DNA of 64,000 bases from Patescibacteria group bacterium (GTDB lineage Bacteria; Patescibacteriota; Patescibacteriia; UBA10025; JAHIVO01): NCBI GenBank assembly GCA_049325535.1, contig JBMOKY010000001.1:941942-1005941 (forward strand), given 5' to 3'. Below, piece by piece: positions 61,483 to 64,000 of this stretch. Within the stretch, counting starts at the first letter, position 1. Each line of letters begins with the position of its first letter. Position numbers and translations under genes: made by a program. The notes below the pieces were generated by a model that ran no database searches, was not told the origin of the DNA, and was given only the letters and a program-made list of their open reading frames with translations.

Positions 61483-62205
61483 ATGCTCCACCGATTCTAC
61501 CAGTCACAACTCAATCCGCGTGACAACCGCCTCACTATCACTGATCCCGCGGTCATAAAACAGGTAATTCATGTGCTGCGTCTGAAAGTCGGCGAAACGT
61601 TTGTGGTATTTACCCCACAGGTAGAATATACCGTCAGCATTGACCATACCGCTGACGACGCCATCCAGCTTCGGATCATAAAAATTGAACCAGCCAGCCG
61701 ATTACCGCTGCGCCGGCTGGTACTGTACCCGGCTCTTTTGAAAAAGGATAATTTCGAACTCATTCTCCAGAAATGTACCGAACTGGGGGTGGAAGAATTT
61801 GTCCCCCTCATCACCGAGCGTACCATTGTCCGGGAAATGTCCAGGCATAAACAGGAGCGATACCGCAAAATACTGACAGAAGCCACTGAGCAGTGCGGGG
61901 GTACTGCCACGCCAGTGCTTGGTCAGCCGATAACTCTGTCGGCGTTAGCCCAAACCCTTGCCGCCATGCCCGGTACGGCCATGGCGGCTTATGAATCAGA
62001 AACACGGCAACCGCTCTACCATGCACTGACCCGCGCGACTGATCCCATACGTCTGATTATCGGACCGGAGGGTGGTTTTACGCCTGATGAAATGACACTG
62101 CTCCAGCATGCCGGCGTCAGTACGGTGCATCTGGGTCCCCGCATCCTCCGCGCGGAAACTGCGGCTATCGCCGCTACCAGCATTATTATGTTGAGCTCGC
62201 GGTAA
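61483..62205 (+). CDS. rsmE: 16S rRNA m3U1498 methyltransferase RsmE
   Basis: HVLRL, QKCTELGV, EATEQCG, IGPEGGF and LGPRILRAETA motifs. Confidence 0.96.
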   Translation: MLHRFYQSQLNPRDNRLTITDPAVIKQVIHVLRLKVGETFVVFTPQVEYTVSIDHTADDAIQLRIIKIEPASRLPLRRLVLYPALLKKDNFELILQKCTELGVEEFVPLITERTIVREMSRHKQERYRKILTEATEQCGGTATPVLGQPITLSALAQTLAAMPGTAMAAYESETRQPLYHALTRATDPIRLIIGPEGGFTPDEMTLLQHAGVSTVHLGPRILRAETAAIAATSIIMLSSR

Positions 62206-62245
62206 TTGTTTGATATAATAATACAAAGCTTTAATTTCGTTTCGT

Positions 62246-63022
62246 ATGTTTGAAAACGTCAATCGCCCACCACAAACGAACCAGCCTACCGCACCACAAG
62301 GTCAACAGAAGGATTGGGGTCCCTGGAAACCGGTCAATCAGAATAGCCGCGGTGCGAACCGTCCGGCAGGTCCGCTCCCCCCGCCGCCACTGGGCCAAAC
62401 CGTTCCTCCGCCCACTGCCCGACCAGCCGTAGTGCCTCCGCCGCCACAGACGCCACCGGGCATGCCTCCAACTATGAATGTACCCGGTATGCCACCAGTC
62501 GGCGCTGCCGCCCCCCAGCCCCCGCGACGTAAATTCGCCATGATTGGCATCCTCATTTTAGTGATTGTCATCGTTATCATCGGCGGCGTGGTGCTGGCGC
62601 TCAACTATTTCAGCCAAACGGATGAAACGAATACGAACTCAAACGCCGAAACCAATCAGAATGAAACCCTGAACACAAACACCACGACCAATGTCAACGC
62701 AGCTACTAATGTAAATACAAGCCTGAACACAAATGGGACTGCCAATACCAATGCATCAACAAATGCCCCGGTGAATACCAATGCTACCAACACAAACGCG
62801 GTAACGAATGGCAATACCAACCAGAACCAAAACATCAATACCACAAACTCAGTAAATGCGTCACAGCTCGACACGGATAATGACGGCCTGACCGATGAAC
62901 AGGAAAGGAAATGGGGTACCGATGTGCTCAATCCTGACACCGATGGTGACGGCTACCTGGACGGCGTGGAAGTCGAAAACGGCTTCAACCCAAACGGCCT
63001 CGGAGCCATCAACCAAGGATAA
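62246..63022 (+). CDS. Membrane-anchored protein: Pro-rich N-terminus, TM helix, Asn/Thr-rich stalk and thrombospondin-3-like Ca-binding repeats
   Basis: DTDNDGLTDEQE..WGTD.LNPDTDGDGYLDG.EV.NGFNP. Confidence 0.8.
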   Translation: MFENVNRPPQTNQPTAPQGQQKDWGPWKPVNQNSRGANRPAGPLPPPPLGQTVPPPTARPAVVPPPPQTPPGMPPTMNVPGMPPVGAAAPQPPRRKFAMIGILILVIVIVIIGGVVLALNYFSQTDETNTNSNAETNQNETLNTNTTTNVNAATNVNTSLNTNGTANTNASTNAPVNTNATNTNAVTNGNTNQNQNINTTNSVNASQLDTDNDGLTDEQERKWGTDVLNPDTDGDGYLDGVEVENGFNPNGLGAINQG

Positions 63023-63047
63023 ACAATATCAAAAAACCGGAGACGCA

Positions 63048-63575
63048 TCACGAGCTCCGGTTTTTAATTTTCCATATATCCTCAATCGCCCGCCGAATCC
63101 AGGGAAATGCTAACCGACTAGCGGGGACGCGGTTCAGGGCAAACCACCGATAGCCCGCCACATCATCCGCCGGTGCCAATCGCCCGCCGGCAATTTCGGC
63201 GAGGTATATGACATTCAGAGTCGCGGCGGTATACCGCTGACGGTATGAATCCATATACACCCCCAACAGACGCAGTCGTTTCAGTCGGACGCCCAATTCT
63301 TCCCGCAGCTCCCGTCGCACGCCCGCCTCAGGCGTTTCCCATTCCTCGAGAAACCCGCCCGGCGCGTCCCAGCAGCCCTTCTGCGGATTGATCGCCCGCC
63401 GCACGAGTAATATCTCCCCGCGGGAATTTATAGGAATTGCCGACGCGGTTGGTTTGGCATTTTGATAAAAAACAAAACCACAGACGATACAAGTCGGGTG
63501 CGGGTGCCTGACGCCCGCCAACTGAGTGCGACCGCCGCAGACTGGACAAAATTTAAAAAATGAGGTGCTGCGCAT
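63048..63575 (-). CDS. NUDIX hydrolase with an N-terminal zinc ribbon
   Basis: FCPVCG...CIVCG and the NUDIX box GGFLEEWETPEAGVRRELREELG. Confidence 0.9.
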   Translation of the reverse strand: MRSTSFFKFCPVCGGRTQLAGVRHPHPTCIVCGFVFYQNAKPTASAIPINSRGEILLVRRAINPQKGCWDAPGGFLEEWETPEAGVRRELREELGVRLKRLRLLGVYMDSYRQRYTAATLNVIYLAEIAGGRLAPADDVAGYRWFALNRVPASRLAFPWIRRAIEDIWKIKNRSS

Positions 63576-63577
63576 CT

Positions 63578-64000
63578 CTAGAGGATACCGATGGCAAATG
63601 CTCCCCACCAACCAACGACGGAAATAACGCCGCTGATCATGAATGTCCGCCGCACATCTGGCGGCAAAGCGGTCATCAGTTGGCTGTCGTTGAGCATCAT
63701 CAATTTCGGCCGACCAATCCGATTAATCATCACCCCATCGATGACCAGCATAGCCACCAGGCCTAATTTGACGAAAAAAATGTCCGGTCGGGGATTGGGA
63801 AGGATAATCCAAAATATGATCCCGCTCAGTATGGCAATCACCAATCCTACCCAGATCACGCGTGAACCGAATCCCATGTAGTTTTTGAGCTGACCCCAGG
63901 TCAATCCACGCCGGATAAATTGCAGATGCATAAAAACCGCCGCGCCCATACCGACCACGACTCCGCCGATGTGGAAAAACTTTACGACGTCAATCCAGTC
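63578..64000 (-). CDS. Hypothetical membrane protein (5' end beyond the window)
   Basis: Frame open to the window edge (DWIDVVKFFHIGGVVVGMG...), with several TM helices. Confidence 0.7.
   Translation of the reverse strand, partial: DWIDVVKFFHIGGVVVGMGAAVFMHLQFIRRGLTWGQLKNYMGFGSRVIWVGLVIAILSGIIFWIILPNPRPDIFFVKLGLVAMLVIDGVMINRIGRPKLMMLNDSQLMTALPPDVRRTFMISGVISVVGWWGAFAIGIL

Overview
Gene-dense bacterial chromosomal segment. It is most likely from a Patescibacteria/CPR genome (inference from gene content: Asn/Thr-rich anchored proteins, AMP phosphorylase, CPR-type small hypothetical proteins). Housekeeping genes include sufCBD, corA, rpoD, dnaG, ppsA, groES/EL with a CIRCE element, uvrA, uvrC, secG, rnj, trpS, efp, rpsF-ssb-rpsR, ychF and rsmE. 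There are also metal and redox modules (two Fur-family regulators, a ZIP transporter, an ArsR cassette, a DsbA/cupredoxin operon), ABC transporters and four tRNAs (Asn x2, Ser, Leu). No CRISPR array, prophage or transposase was seen. The most notable observation is a divergent second tRNA-Asn(GUU) at 19751-19822 (-). It lies downstream of a sigma70 promoter, a near-leaderless 18-aa leader ORF with three consecutive Asn (AAT) codons, and mutually exclusive antiterminator/terminator sequences. This looks like a ribosome-mediated attenuator controlling a tRNA gene. Other notable items are a chain of micro-ORFs with strong Shine-Dalgarno (SD) sequences at 59.8-60.3 kb, a Fur protein with an extra Cys-rich tail heading the suf operon, and a cupredoxin lacking its Cys and Met ligands. 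All calls are by eye, without database searches.
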